This document shows, piece by piece, positions 1-9,259 of a stretch of DNA of 33,440 nt; the first letter of the stretch is position 1, and each line of letters starts with the position of its first letter. This DNA comes from Mycobacteriales bacterium. GTDB lineage: Bacteria > Actinomycetota > Actinomycetes > Mycobacteriales > Nakamurellaceae. A program made the position numbers and the translations under genes. The notes under the pieces were generated by a model. The model was not told where the DNA came from. It ran no database searches and saw only the letters and a program-made list of their open reading frames with translations. The stretch lies in contig JBBQJM010000001.1 in NCBI GenBank assembly GCA_038325895.1, forward strand, positions 1-33,440. The letters run 5' to 3'.

Positions 1-4
1 GTTC

Positions 5-1300
5 GTGGGGGCGTGGGTGGGGCCCCGGCCGGGCGCTGTCCTGGTGGGGGGCGAGACCGCTTTTGCGCCTTCATCCGGGCTGCTCCGCGCCGGGGGGCCG
101 GGCGGCGGCCCGCCCGGCGCCGGCGATGTCGATGCCCGCGGTCGGATCGTCGCGCCCGGGCTGGTGAACGCGCACACCCACGCGGCGATGACGTTGCTGC
201 GCGGGCACAGTGACGACGTTCCGCTGCAGGACTGGCTCGGCGAAATCAGGGCGTTCGAGCTGCGGATGACCTGCGACGACATCCGTGCAGGACTGGCCCT
301 GGCCATGTGCGAGATGATCCGCAGCGGGACGATCGGGTTCGTCGACATGCACCTGTGGGACACCGCGCTGCTGGCCGACGTGTGCGCCGCCGGAATGCGG
401 GTGTCCGCAGCGCCGGCGGTGTTCGGGTACGACGCGGTGGCCTACCCGCTGGCCAACACGGAAACCGGGGCTCGGGTCCTCGACCGCACGCAGGAACTGG
501 CCGCGGAGTTTGCCGGCGAGGACCTGGTCCGCGTGGTGTACGGACCACACGCGCTGTACAGCTGCGGACCGGAGCTGATCGGTGACGTCGCGCATCGGGC
601 TGCGTCGAATCGGCTGGGAGTGCACATCCATCTGTCGGAAACGCGTGCCGAGGTCGACGAATCACTGGCCCGGCACGGGGTTTCCCCGATCGCGTTGGCC
701 GGCCGGCTCGGATTGCTCGAGGTACGGGCGCACGTCGCGCACGCTGTGCACCCCGAACCGGGCGACACAGCAATACTGGCGTCGCCCGGGATCACCGTGT
801 CGCACAACCCGATCTCGAACCTGAAACTCGGCGCCGGAGTCGCCCCGGTGGCCGACTACCGGGTTGCGGGTGTGGCGCTGGGGCTGGGGACCGACTCGGT
901 CGCCTCCAACAACACCGCTGATCTGTTCGAGGAGATCAAGATCGGGACGCTGCTGCAACGTGGCCTGCGGCACGACCCTGGTGTGCAGTCCGGAGCCGAC
1001 GCCTTGGCGATGGCCACCAGCGGCGGAGCCGCCGCGTTGGGCGACGGGCTGTCCGGGCGCCTGGCGGTCGGCGAACCGGCGGATCTGATCATGCTCGACA
1101 CCGCGACCCCCGCCGCAACCCCGCTGGTCGACCCCCGCTCCTTCCTGGCCTTCGCCGCAACCGGCGCGGACGTCACCGACGTGTTCATCGCCGGCCGTCG
1201 GGTCCTCGCGGACCGGCGCCTCACCACCCTGGACGAGCCGGCCATCCGCGCCGACGCCGCCGAGCGCGTCCTGCGCATCCGCGCCGAGCTCACCCCATGA
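5..1300 (+). CDS. Amidohydrolase family protein (MTA/SAH deaminase-like); true start uncertain, possibly outside the window
   Basis: Motifs PGLVNAHTH (HxH), HIHLSET, AHAVH, SHNPISNLKLGAG and GLGTDSVASNN. The first ~120 nt are G/C-run rich and do not look like the normal N-terminus. Confidence 0.85.
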   Translation: MGAWVGPRPGAVLVGGETAFAPSSGLLRAGGPGGGPPGAGDVDARGRIVAPGLVNAHTHAAMTLLRGHSDDVPLQDWLGEIRAFELRMTCDDIRAGLALAMCEMIRSGTIGFVDMHLWDTALLADVCAAGMRVSAAPAVFGYDAVAYPLANTETGARVLDRTQELAAEFAGEDLVRVVYGPHALYSCGPELIGDVAHRAASNRLGVHIHLSETRAEVDESLARHGVSPIALAGRLGLLEVRAHVAHAVHPEPGDTAILASPGITVSHNPISNLKLGAGVAPVADYRVAGVALGLGTDSVASNNTADLFEEIKIGTLLQRGLRHDPGVQSGADALAMATSGGAAALGDGLSGRLAVGEPADLIMLDTATPAATPLVDPRSFLAFAATGADVTDVFIAGRRVLADRRLTTLDEPAIRADAAERVLRIRAELTP

Positions 1301-1301
1301 T

Positions 1302-1631
1302 GGCGCGGATCAACATCGTCGGCGCGCATGAAATCGTTCACTCGGTGCCCGTGCGTCCCATAACCGGCACGTTGATCCGCGCGGGCTGCCGAGGGGCCCC
1401 CTGGGCCTGCGCCGCGAGCTGCCGCGCAAGATGCCGAGGCTCTCGGGTGTCGCCCCGCGAGCTGCCTCGCGGAGCTGACGTGCGGGCCGCGCCAAGCTGA
1501 CGTGCGAGCCGCGCACAAGCGGTAGCACGAGCCGCGGGCCCGCCGCCGTCGCGCGCATGAAATCGTTCACTCGATGCTCGTGCGTCCCACAACCGGCACG
1601 TTGATCCGCGCCGGGGATGTTGATCCGCGCC
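1302..1631. repeat. Intergenic REP/MITE-like element with perfect 16-bp terminal inverted repeats and two 61-bp internal direct repeats
   Basis: GGCGCGGATCAACATC (1302-1317) is the exact reverse complement of GATGTTGATCCGCGCC (1616-1631). 1322-1382 and 1551-1611 match at 58/61 positions. AGCTGACGTGCG occurs twice in the middle. Confidence 0.8.
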
Positions 1632-1640
1632 CAGAAGGCG

Positions 1641-1700
1641 GCACGGCTCAGGGGCACGGCTCAGGGGCACGGCTCAGGGGCAGGGCTCAGGGGCTGGGCT
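1641..1700. repeat. 13-bp tandem repeat (GCACGGCTCAGGG x3 plus degenerate copies) overlapping the ppk2 stop codon
   Basis: Units at 1641, 1654 and 1667, a variant GCAGGGCTCAGGG at 1680 and a partial copy at 1693. Confidence 0.9.
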
Positions 1701-2532
1701 TGACAAGGGACGCGGCGTGGTCGGGCACGTAGCGGAACTCCTCGCGGGGCGGGCGCTGATAGAAGCGGGCCTGCGGGCGTTCCGGGATCCTCACCGGGGG
1801 CGGGTCGCGGTGCTCGTAGGGAATGGTGGACAGCAGGTGCGCGATGACGTTGATCCGCGACCGCTTCTTGTCCTCACTCTCCACAGTCACCCACGGCGCT
1901 TCGGGAATGTCGGTGTGCACGAACATTTCGTCCTTGGCCCGGGAGTACTCCTCCCACTTGCTGATGGACTGGACGTCCATCGGGGAGAGCTTCCAGCGAC
2001 GCACGGGATCGGTCAGCCGTGACTTGAACCGCTTCTCCTGCTCGATGTCCGAGACCGAGAACCAGTACTTCCGCAGCAGCACCCCGTCCTCTACCAGCAG
2101 CCGCTCGAAAATCGGCGCCTGGTGCAGGAACCGGCGGTACTCGTCGCTGGTGCAGAAGCCCATCACCCGCTCGACGCCCGCCCGGTTGTACCAGGAGCGG
2201 TCCATCAGCACCATCTCGCCGGCGGCCGGCAGGTGCTCGATGTACCGCTGGAAGTACCACTGGGACCGCTCGCGCTCGGTGGGCGCCGGCAGCGCCACGA
2301 TGCGCGCGTTGCGCGGATTGAGGTATTCGGTGATCCGCTTGATCGCGGAACCCTTGCCGGCCGCGTCACGGCCCTCGAAGATCGCCACGATCTTCGTCCC
2401 GGACTCCTTGACCCACTGCTGCATGGTGACCAGCTCGGTTTGCAGCCGCCGCAGCTCCGCCTCGTACGCCTTCTTCGGGATCTTCTTCGGCTTCACCGGT
2501 TCGTCGGTGCGAGACGCTTCGTGGTGGGCCAT
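1687..2532 (-). CDS. ppk2: Polyphosphate kinase 2
   Basis: Walker A FEGRDAAGKG, QWYFQRY, DRSWYNRAGVERVMGF and RWKLSPMD motifs; 281 aa single domain. Confidence 0.95.
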   Translation of the reverse strand: MAHHEASRTDEPVKPKKIPKKAYEAELRRLQTELVTMQQWVKESGTKIVAIFEGRDAAGKGSAIKRITEYLNPRNARIVALPAPTERERSQWYFQRYIEHLPAAGEMVLMDRSWYNRAGVERVMGFCTSDEYRRFLHQAPIFERLLVEDGVLLRKYWFSVSDIEQEKRFKSRLTDPVRRWKLSPMDVQSISKWEEYSRAKDEMFVHTDIPEAPWVTVESEDKKRSRINVIAHLLSTIPYEHRDPPPVRIPERPQARFYQRPPREEFRYVPDHAASLVKPSP

Positions 2533-2652
2533 GCGACGCTCCCTGGGTCGTCACCCGGAGTCGCGCCCCGGTCGCCGGGATCCGAGTGAGTTGATCTCGT
2601 CGCCTAGCTTGTCATGCCTGGTCGGCACGCACCGCCCGGGCCGCGCGCCGCG

Positions 2653-3567
2653 TCAGGTTTGATGCCCGGTATCGCTGTCGGTGGAGACCTTCGGGTGCCG
2701 GGCCCAGGCAAAGCAGTAGACACCGAAGCAGGCCAGGCCGAGTGCCATCAGCGTGAGCAGGCCCGCGCCGAACGGTGCGCCGTTGACGGTGCGCAGCGCG
2801 TCATCGAGGCCACCGGCCTTCTCAGGGTCGTAGGTGATCGCAGCCCAGCCGAACAATCCGCCGACGATCGCGAACGCCACGCCCTTGACCGTGTAACCGA
2901 TCTGACCCAGCCGGAGGACCCCGCGGCCCACGCCGCCGGCCAGGTCGTCGGTGAACTTCTTCTTCACGCCGCGAAGGACCAGCCGGACACCCAGCGCGAT
3001 GACGGCCACGGCCAGGACGCCGACCAGAATGCGCCCCAACGGCACGGCCATCAGTCGCGCGGTCCAGCCCTCCTCCGTGCCGTTCGAGGATCCACCGTTG
3101 CCCAGCAGATTCCTGACGGCCGCCACCCCGATCGCGGCGTAGGCGACAGCCCGCCCGCCCGACCCGATTTGCTTGCGGATGCGCTTGAACCCGGCCGGCC
3201 GGTCGCGATGACCCCACATCGCCTCGACGACCTGCCAGATCGCCAGCGCGAACAGGCCGATGGCGGTGATCCAGAGCAGCACCGCGCCGAACGGCTGGGC
3301 GGCCATCTCGTCGAGCGCGCCCTGTTGGGAAGCCTCGGCACCACCAGAGCTGCCACCGGTCCCCGAACGAAGCCCGCTCCAGGCGATCTGCAGAGCGATC
3401 CACCCGACCAGGATGTGCACCACGCCGTAAGCGACCAAACCAACGGTGAGCGACATCGTGAACGGCTTGCTCTGCACAGCCTCCTGACCACTGTCTTCTG
3501 CCTTGTCGGCGGCCCGCCGGCCGGCGTCGGCGATTTCCCGGACCGTCTGACGGCCGGGCGCGTTCAC
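2653..3567 (-). CDS. DUF1206-type multi-pass membrane protein
   Basis: Three repeated hydrophobic units (GLVAYGVVHIL, GRAVAYAAIG, GYTVKGVAF) with ASQQGAL and KAGGLDDAL. The start overlaps the upstream stop (GTGA). Confidence 0.8.
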   Translation of the reverse strand: MNAPGRQTVREIADAGRRAADKAEDSGQEAVQSKPFTMSLTVGLVAYGVVHILVGWIALQIAWSGLRSGTGGSSGGAEASQQGALDEMAAQPFGAVLLWITAIGLFALAIWQVVEAMWGHRDRPAGFKRIRKQIGSGGRAVAYAAIGVAAVRNLLGNGGSSNGTEEGWTARLMAVPLGRILVGVLAVAVIALGVRLVLRGVKKKFTDDLAGGVGRGVLRLGQIGYTVKGVAFAIVGGLFGWAAITYDPEKAGGLDDALRTVNGAPFGAGLLTLMALGLACFGVYCFAWARHPKVSTDSDTGHQT

Positions 3568-3803
3568 TGCGATTCCTGCTGTGCCGAGTCTTTCGACGGT
3601 TCCTTGTGCAGCGCTTGGGGTGTGTGCACCGCATCCCGACCGGACTTGTCGCTGCGGACCAGGTACTGCGGGTGATCTTCGTCGGCCCGAACGGTCCTGC
3701 CCGCGGCTCGGGTATCGGCCGTCAGCGTCTCCCGGACGGTTCCATGGGTCGTGGTGCCGTGGGTGCGCCAGGACACCTCGTCACCCTCGTGCAGTTCGTT
3801 CAT
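3564..3803 (-). CDS. DUF2945 (Tudor-like) small protein
   Basis: GDEVSWRTHG...PQYLVRSDKSGRDAVHTPQAL pattern; GGGAGAG RBS-like sequence upstream. Confidence 0.8.
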   Translation of the reverse strand: MNELHEGDEVSWRTHGTTTHGTVRETLTADTRAAGRTVRADEDHPQYLVRSDKSGRDAVHTPQALHKEPSKDSAQQESQ

Positions 3804-3970
3804 CGCTGCTCTCCCGTCGCCGTCCCTTCCCCGGTTACCAATTCCCCGCCGGGCTGGATTTCATGCGCCGCCCCACGGATCGACAACGACCACGGTTACT
3901 TCCTGTATCCGTCTCTGCACTCTGCGTGAGGCATAGGGTCAAGGGTGACGGCAGCTATTGAAGGTCCTTC

Positions 3971-6171
3971 ATGAGCACACAGGCACACCCGAAGCCGTCC
4001 ACGCGGCACCGGACCCTCCCCGTGGAACCGGAGAGCGACCTGGTGCCAGCGCGCCCACTGGTTCGCAAACGACGGCGATGGCGATTCGGCATCCAGTCGA
4101 AGCTGCTGATGATGCTGTTGGCCACCAGCATTGTGTCCGCGCTGGTTTCGGTTGCGTCGGGCATCAAACGGGCAAGAACTCGATGCAGACCGCCGCCTTC
4201 AACCAACTCGCGCAGGTACAGGATTCGCCTGCCCACGAGATCACCGCGTTCTTCGACCAACTCAAGAATTCCCTGGTGATCTACACCCGGGGGTCGACCG
4301 CAATAGAGGCGGTTCGGGCCTTCACCGCCGGGTTTGACCAATTGCAGACGAGCACCATCAGCGCAGATCAGTCGGCTGCCCTCGACGGATTTTTCGCGGG
4401 GAAGTTCGTTACCGATCTGGACCGCACGACCGGAAACACCGCCGATCCTTTGGGCTTCCTCCCGAGTTCATCCGCCGAGAGATATCTGCAAGCCAACTAC
4501 ACCATGCTGTCCACCGATTTCGGCGAGGCGATCAAGCTGGATGATGCCGGGGACGGCAGCGCATGGTCGGCCGCGCACGCCCGGTATCACGACAATTTCC
4601 GGGAGCTGACCCAGCGATTGGGCTACGAGGACGCCATGCTGCTGGACACTCGCGGCGACGTCGTCTACTCGGCGTATTCCGGGCGGATCTCGGGAGCAAC
4701 ATCGAAATAGGCCCGTATCGCGATTCCATGCTGTCGGACGCCTACCAGGAAGCTCTCACGTCAAATGCGGTGGACTACGTCGGCCTGACCGACTACGGCC
4801 CCTACCAGCCGTCCGCCGGCGTGCCCACTGCCTGGGCGGTGTTACCGATCGGCGCGAAGGGCACCGTCGAGGGCTGCTCGCCCTGCAATGGCCCGTCAAC
4901 GCGATCAATGACGTGATGACCGGCGACGGTACCTGGGAGGCGGAGGGGCTCGGCGAGACCGGCGAAACCTACCTTGCCGCAGACGATCTGCGGATGCGAT
5001 CGGCATCGAGGCTCTTGTTGCAGGATCCGGCGGCATTCCAGGAGCAGGCAATTGCCGGCGGTGAGGACCCGGCGATCGCCGCCGCAGCGGTCAGAACCGG
5101 CAGCACCATTCTCCAGCAGGACACCAACACGGTTGCCGTTGCCGATGCGCTGCGCGGTCAGAGTGGGACGATGGTTGCCACGGAGTATCTAGTTCAGGAG
5201 GCACTGGTCGCCTACGCTCGACTGCAGATTTCAGGGAGCCGGTGGGTGATCGTCGCGAAGATCGACACCGCGGAAGCCTTTGCGCCCGTTGACGATTTCA
5301 TCAGGAACGTGATACTCGCGACCGCGGCCGTGATCTTCCTGGTCTGCATGGGGGCGCTGGTCCTCGCCCAGGTGTTCACCAAGCCGCTGCGCCGACTCGT
5401 CATCGGCGTGCGGCAGGTCGCGGCCGGCGATCTGAATGCCGAAAGTGAATGTCAGGTAAAGGATGAATTCGGCGATCTCAGTAATGCCTTCAACGACATG
5501 AGCCGTAACCTGCGCACCGAGCAGGAACTCCTGGCGAACAGCAGGCGGAAAATGACCGACTGCTGCTCACGTTGATGCCCGAGGCGGTGGCACAACGCTA
5601 CCGGAAGGGCGAAAAAACGATCACCGAGGACCACCAGGACGTATCCGTCATATTCGCCGATATCGTCGGATTCGATGCGCTGACCGCGCGCTGCCCCCGG
5701 CGCGAATCCCTGCCGCTGGTCAATGACCTGGTCCGTAGTTTCGACGACGCTGGCACCCGGCTCGGCGTCGAGAAGATCAGGACAATTCGCACGGGCTATC
5801 TGGCGAGTTGCGGGCTGACCGTTCCGCGGGTGGACAATTCACGGCGCTCGGTGGAGTTCGCGGTGGAGATGCAGCGGATTCTGCAGCGTTTCAATCTCAC
5901 GAACGGGACGGACCTGTCGCTGCGCGCCGGTGTCGATTCCGGCACCGTCACCAGCGGGCTGGTCGGACGATCCACCCTCGTCTACGACATGTGCGGCGCC
6001 ACCGTCAATCTGGCCAACCGAATCCAGACAGTGGCGGGACGCCCGGGGATCTTCGTGACGAGGCGTATTTGCGACCAGATGCGCGATGTCCTGCAATTCT
6101 CACCGGTAGGCGAGATCACCACCAGAAAAGGCTCGCAGCAGGTGTGGCGGGTCGAAACGGAGACCTCATGA
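3971..6171 (+). pseudogene. Frameshifted class III adenylate/guanylate cyclase-like protein (TM - sensor - TM - HAMP - cyclase; Rv2435c-like)
   Basis: Consecutive pieces in different frames: GIQSKLLMMLL (3971 ORF), sensor region (3958-4710, 4563-4916), HAMP KPLRRL...DEFGDLSNAFNDMS (4913-5575), cyclase VIFADIVGF...LRAGVDSG...YDMCGATVNLA (5572-6171). About four frame breaks, near 4150, 4685, 4880 and 5540. Confidence 0.8.
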
Positions 6172-6730
6172 CGGGCGTGGTTTCCCAGCCGTGGTTCGGA
6201 TGGGCGCTCGCCGTGGTCATCGGGCTGCCCCTCGGCCTGGTCATGTTGACCTAATGTCACACGTCCTTGGTCCGCCACGGCAGTGCGTTGGCCAAGCCGG
6301 TGAACCTGCTGCGCATATACGTGCTGCCGTCGGGTGCGCTGCTGATCCTGCTCACCCAGGCGTCGGAGATCTCCGCGGAAGCCACTCCGGTTCGGATCAT
6401 CGCCACGGTGTTCGGGTTCGTGGTGCTCCTGGTGCTCCTCGCCGCGGTCAACGCGGCGTTGTTCGCCAATGCGGAGCGCGGCACCTGGCGTCAGCGGATC
6501 CCGTCGATCTTCGTCGACATCGTCCGGTTGGTGATCATCATCGCCGGTCTGGCCGTGCTCTTCTCCTTCGTCTGGGGCGCGGACGTCGCGGGGCTGTTCA
6601 CCGCGCTCGGCGTCACGTCGATAGTGCTGGGCCTCGCGCTGCAGAACGCCGTCGGATCGGTGATCTCCGGTCTGTTTTGCTGTTCGAGCAGCGGTTCCAG
6701 CTGGGGACTGGCTGCAGACACCGAGCGGAC
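6168..6730 (+). pseudogene. Truncated MscS-family mechanosensitive channel (Rv2434c-like)
   Basis: ATG at 6168 overlaps the cyclase stop. In-frame TAA at 6252-6254. MscS motif ALGVTSIVLGLALQNAVGSVISG, then frameshifted LLFEQRFQLG/DWLQTPSG, after which homology ends. Confidence 0.8.
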
Positions 6731-7431
6731 GTCCAGCTTCTAGCCGCCCGCCGACTTTCCGCAATTCACCTCCGCGGCTCCGCTGGATTGGGACATCCCC
6801 GGCGGACCGTTCGACCCGCACTCCGGCGAGTGGTACGCCTACACCGGGCAGGCCGACACCAGCTACAAACGCCTGACCCGCACCGTCGACCTCAGCGCCG
6901 CCACCGCCGGCCGGCTGTCGTTCTGGACCTCCTTCGACACCGAAACCGACTGGGACTACTTCTTCGTCGACGCTGCACCCGTTCCTCGCGCACTACATGA
7001 ACGACGCGTGCGAACCCACCGGCACGACCGGCGTCTGGAACGCGGCAACCGGTTCGTCCCAGGGCTGGAAGGAATGGTCCTCGGACCTGTCGGCGTATGC
7101 CGGTCAGCGGGTCGAGGTGTCGATCAGTTACGTCAGCGACTGGGCTTCGCAAGGCATTGGGGTCTTCCTCGACGATGTCACGGTGCTCGGTTCGCCGGCG
7201 GCGAACACGGGGTTCGAAGCCGACCTGGCAGGCTGGTCGGTCGCCGGCTCGCCCGAGGGCTCGTTTGCCAATTCCAACGATTGGGAGCGAACCCAGCTCG
7301 GCTTCGAGGAGGGTGCCATCACGACCACGCAGGACTCGATCTATGCCGGCTTCGGGTACGAAGGGCTCGCGCCTGCCGAGCGCGACGACCTGGTCGCCCG
7401 GTCCATGCGGCACCTGCTGCCGTCCCCGTAG
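6729..7431 (+). pseudogene. C-terminal remnant of an actinobacterial M14 zinc carboxypeptidase (immune-inhibitor-A-like C-terminal region)
   Basis: My translation reads TSSF*PPADFPQF...SYKRLTRTVDLS...SFWTSFDTETDWDYFFV, then HPFLAHY...GVWNAATGSSQGWKEWSSDLSAYAGQRVEVSISYVSD. No N-terminal part; TAG at 6741 and a frame break near 6970. Confidence 0.65.
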
Positions 7432-7449
7432 CCCATTGCGGAAGGTCCT

Positions 7450-7475
7450 TGGCATTTGTCGCTGGCATTTGTTGC
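7450..7475 (+). promoter_or_regulatory. Two tandem 13-bp direct repeats upstream of parA; possible operator or centromere-like site
   Basis: TGGCATTTGTCGC (7450-7462) followed by TGGCATTTGTTGC (7463-7475); another TGGCAT at 7488. Function is inferred only. Confidence 0.35.
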
Positions 7476-7557
7476 TGCGCACCGGCGTGGCATCGCCGTC
7501 CCGACGGTGTCCCGGCGGGACGATGCCCGCAGACACTTTCGCGAAGGGATGTGCGGC

Positions 7558-8475
7558 ATGCGACGAGTGGTCGCGATCGCCAACGGCAAAGGTGGGGTGG
7601 GTAAGACCACGCTGACCGCCGGGCTGGCCGGCCAGGCCGCCTCGGAGGGCCGTCGGGTGCTGGTGGTGGACACCGATCCGCAGGGCAACCTCGGACGCGA
7701 TCTGGGGTATGGCCTGCAGGATGGCAGCAGCCTCAGCCTCGCGATCACCCACGGACTTCCGGTGGAGGTGAACCGGGGAGTGCGGGACGGGCTCGATGTC
7801 GTTCCGGGCGGACCCGCGCTGTGGGACGTCGGGGCCGCGTTCACTTCGCGGGGAGCGCGCGGCGCATCGTTGCCGGGCCTACGCCCGGCCGTCGACCGGG
7901 TGCGGCCGGAGGGCACCGACACCGGTTACGACCTCGTGCTGATCGACACCCCTCCCGGTGAGCCGATCTTGCAGGAACTCGTCTTCGCCGCAGCGGACTA
8001 CCTGATCATCCCCACCCGTTCGGATGAAGCCAGCCTCGACGGCCTTGTCGTCGTCGCACAGAGATTCGCCGCGGCGCGGACCGTCAACCCGGAGCTGACG
8101 TTGCTCGGCGTGGTGCTGTTCGGGGTACGTGCGGGCAGCACTCGGCTGATCAAGCGGGTGCAATCCGCACTGGACGAAACCCTCGACGGCGCCGCGCCGG
8201 TGTTCGGCACGTCCATCCGGTACCTGGAGAGCGCAGCCGTCGACATGCGGAGCCGCGGCCTGCTGCCGCACGAGTTGGAGCAGGTGCATCACGGGGACAA
8301 GTCGATGCGGATCAACCGGCTGCGCACAGGTGTCAAAGTCGACACGGCGGACAGCCTGTTGAGTCGGGATTCTTCGGCTGCCAGGCTCGCCGGCGACTAC
8401 ACCGCATTGGCCAACGAGGTGCTGGCCGCGATCACCGAACGCGAACGCAGGTCGAGGGTGGAGGTAGCGGTATGA
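7558..8475 (+). CDS. parA: ParA/MinD-family ATPase
   Basis: Deviant Walker A ANGKGGVGKTT, VVDTDPQGNL and Walker B YDLVLIDTPP. ATG at 7558 follows GAAGGGA. Confidence 0.9.
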   Translation: MRRVVAIANGKGGVGKTTLTAGLAGQAASEGRRVLVVDTDPQGNLGRDLGYGLQDGSSLSLAITHGLPVEVNRGVRDGLDVVPGGPALWDVGAAFTSRGARGASLPGLRPAVDRVRPEGTDTGYDLVLIDTPPGEPILQELVFAAADYLIIPTRSDEASLDGLVVVAQRFAAARTVNPELTLLGVVLFGVRAGSTRLIKRVQSALDETLDGAAPVFGTSIRYLESAAVDMRSRGLLPHELEQVHHGDKSMRINRLRTGVKVDTADSLLSRDSSAARLAGDYTALANEVLAAITERERRSRVEVAV

Positions 8476-8891
8476 CACCGAATTCCCGGCCGAACCTCGG
8501 CGGGCTGTTCACCGGCACCACGCCGCCCGAGCGGCCCAGCGCCGTAGCCGCACAGCTGGGTCCGCGGCTGGTGACCGCGCCGCCGGTCGCTGAGCCCGAA
8601 GGCATTGCTGCTCAGGATGCCGCACGGCCCGAACCCACCCCGGCTGTGGGCAATCCCGCACCTCCCAGGGACAGCGGGCCGATCCGAGAACTTGGTGCCG
8701 CGGTGCCGCCGTTGGGAGCCCCTGTCGGCCAGAGCAACGTGGCGGTCGCACTGGAATTCATCGATCCGCTCAGGGCGGTCGAACGGTACTTCGCTGTGCT
8801 GCAGGTGGTGCTCGATATCAATCGCCGGGCTGCGATCGCCCTGACCACCGCTGCGATCTCGCTTCCGAGGCGCGCCGGCATCTGGCGCTGA
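8472..8891 (+). CDS. Hypothetical 139-aa ParA partner (basic N-terminus, Pro/Ala-rich linker, amphipathic C-terminal helix)
   Basis: ATGA overlap with the parA stop and a GGAGG RBS indicate translational coupling. No ParB or HTH motif recognised. Confidence 0.7.
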   Translation: MTPNSRPNLGGLFTGTTPPERPSAVAAQLGPRLVTAPPVAEPEGIAAQDAARPEPTPAVGNPAPPRDSGPIRELGAAVPPLGAPVGQSNVAVALEFIDPLRAVERYFAVLQVVLDINRRAAIALTTAAISLPRRAGIWR

Positions 8892-9021
8892 CCCGAGTCC
8901 GCACGCGCTGGTCGGATATCGCACGAATCTCCCTGCCCTGCAACGGCTGTGAGGCCCCGCGACTGGCGACCTGCTGGCGCCGCCTTACTCACTCTGTGTA
9001 ACGAACGCCGATCTCCCGCCG

Positions 9022-9043
9022 GGACGCCTCCTCAGGGGCGTCC
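9022..9043 (+). terminator. GC-rich hairpin, possible terminator
   Basis: GGACGCC (9022-9028) pairs with GGCGTCC (9037-9043); it lies about 130 nt downstream of the parA operon. Confidence 0.35.
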
Positions 9044-9259
9044 GTGTTCATCCCGCAGGTAAGGAGATCGGGTCGATGAATTCGATCATGACATCAGCCG
9101 CCCGGGGTCTCGCGGGCGGCCGATCGTCGTCGTTGTCGCAACTCATGGGTGTCATGGTCCCGCATGTCCGACCGGGCGGCCGGCCGCACGGAAACCTGCC
9201 GTCCCATCTGGTGATTGTGTGCCGAGGCCGTCCAGCGATGGCCTCGGCACAACGAGTGC

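Noticed and set aside
1-120. G/C-run-rich low-complexity start (possible G-quadruplex)
   Set aside because: Lies at the window edge within the expected amidohydrolase N-terminus; more likely low-quality sequence.
1322-1611. Possible CRISPR array
   Set aside because: Only two 61-bp repeats separated by 168 bp; wrong geometry and no cas genes.
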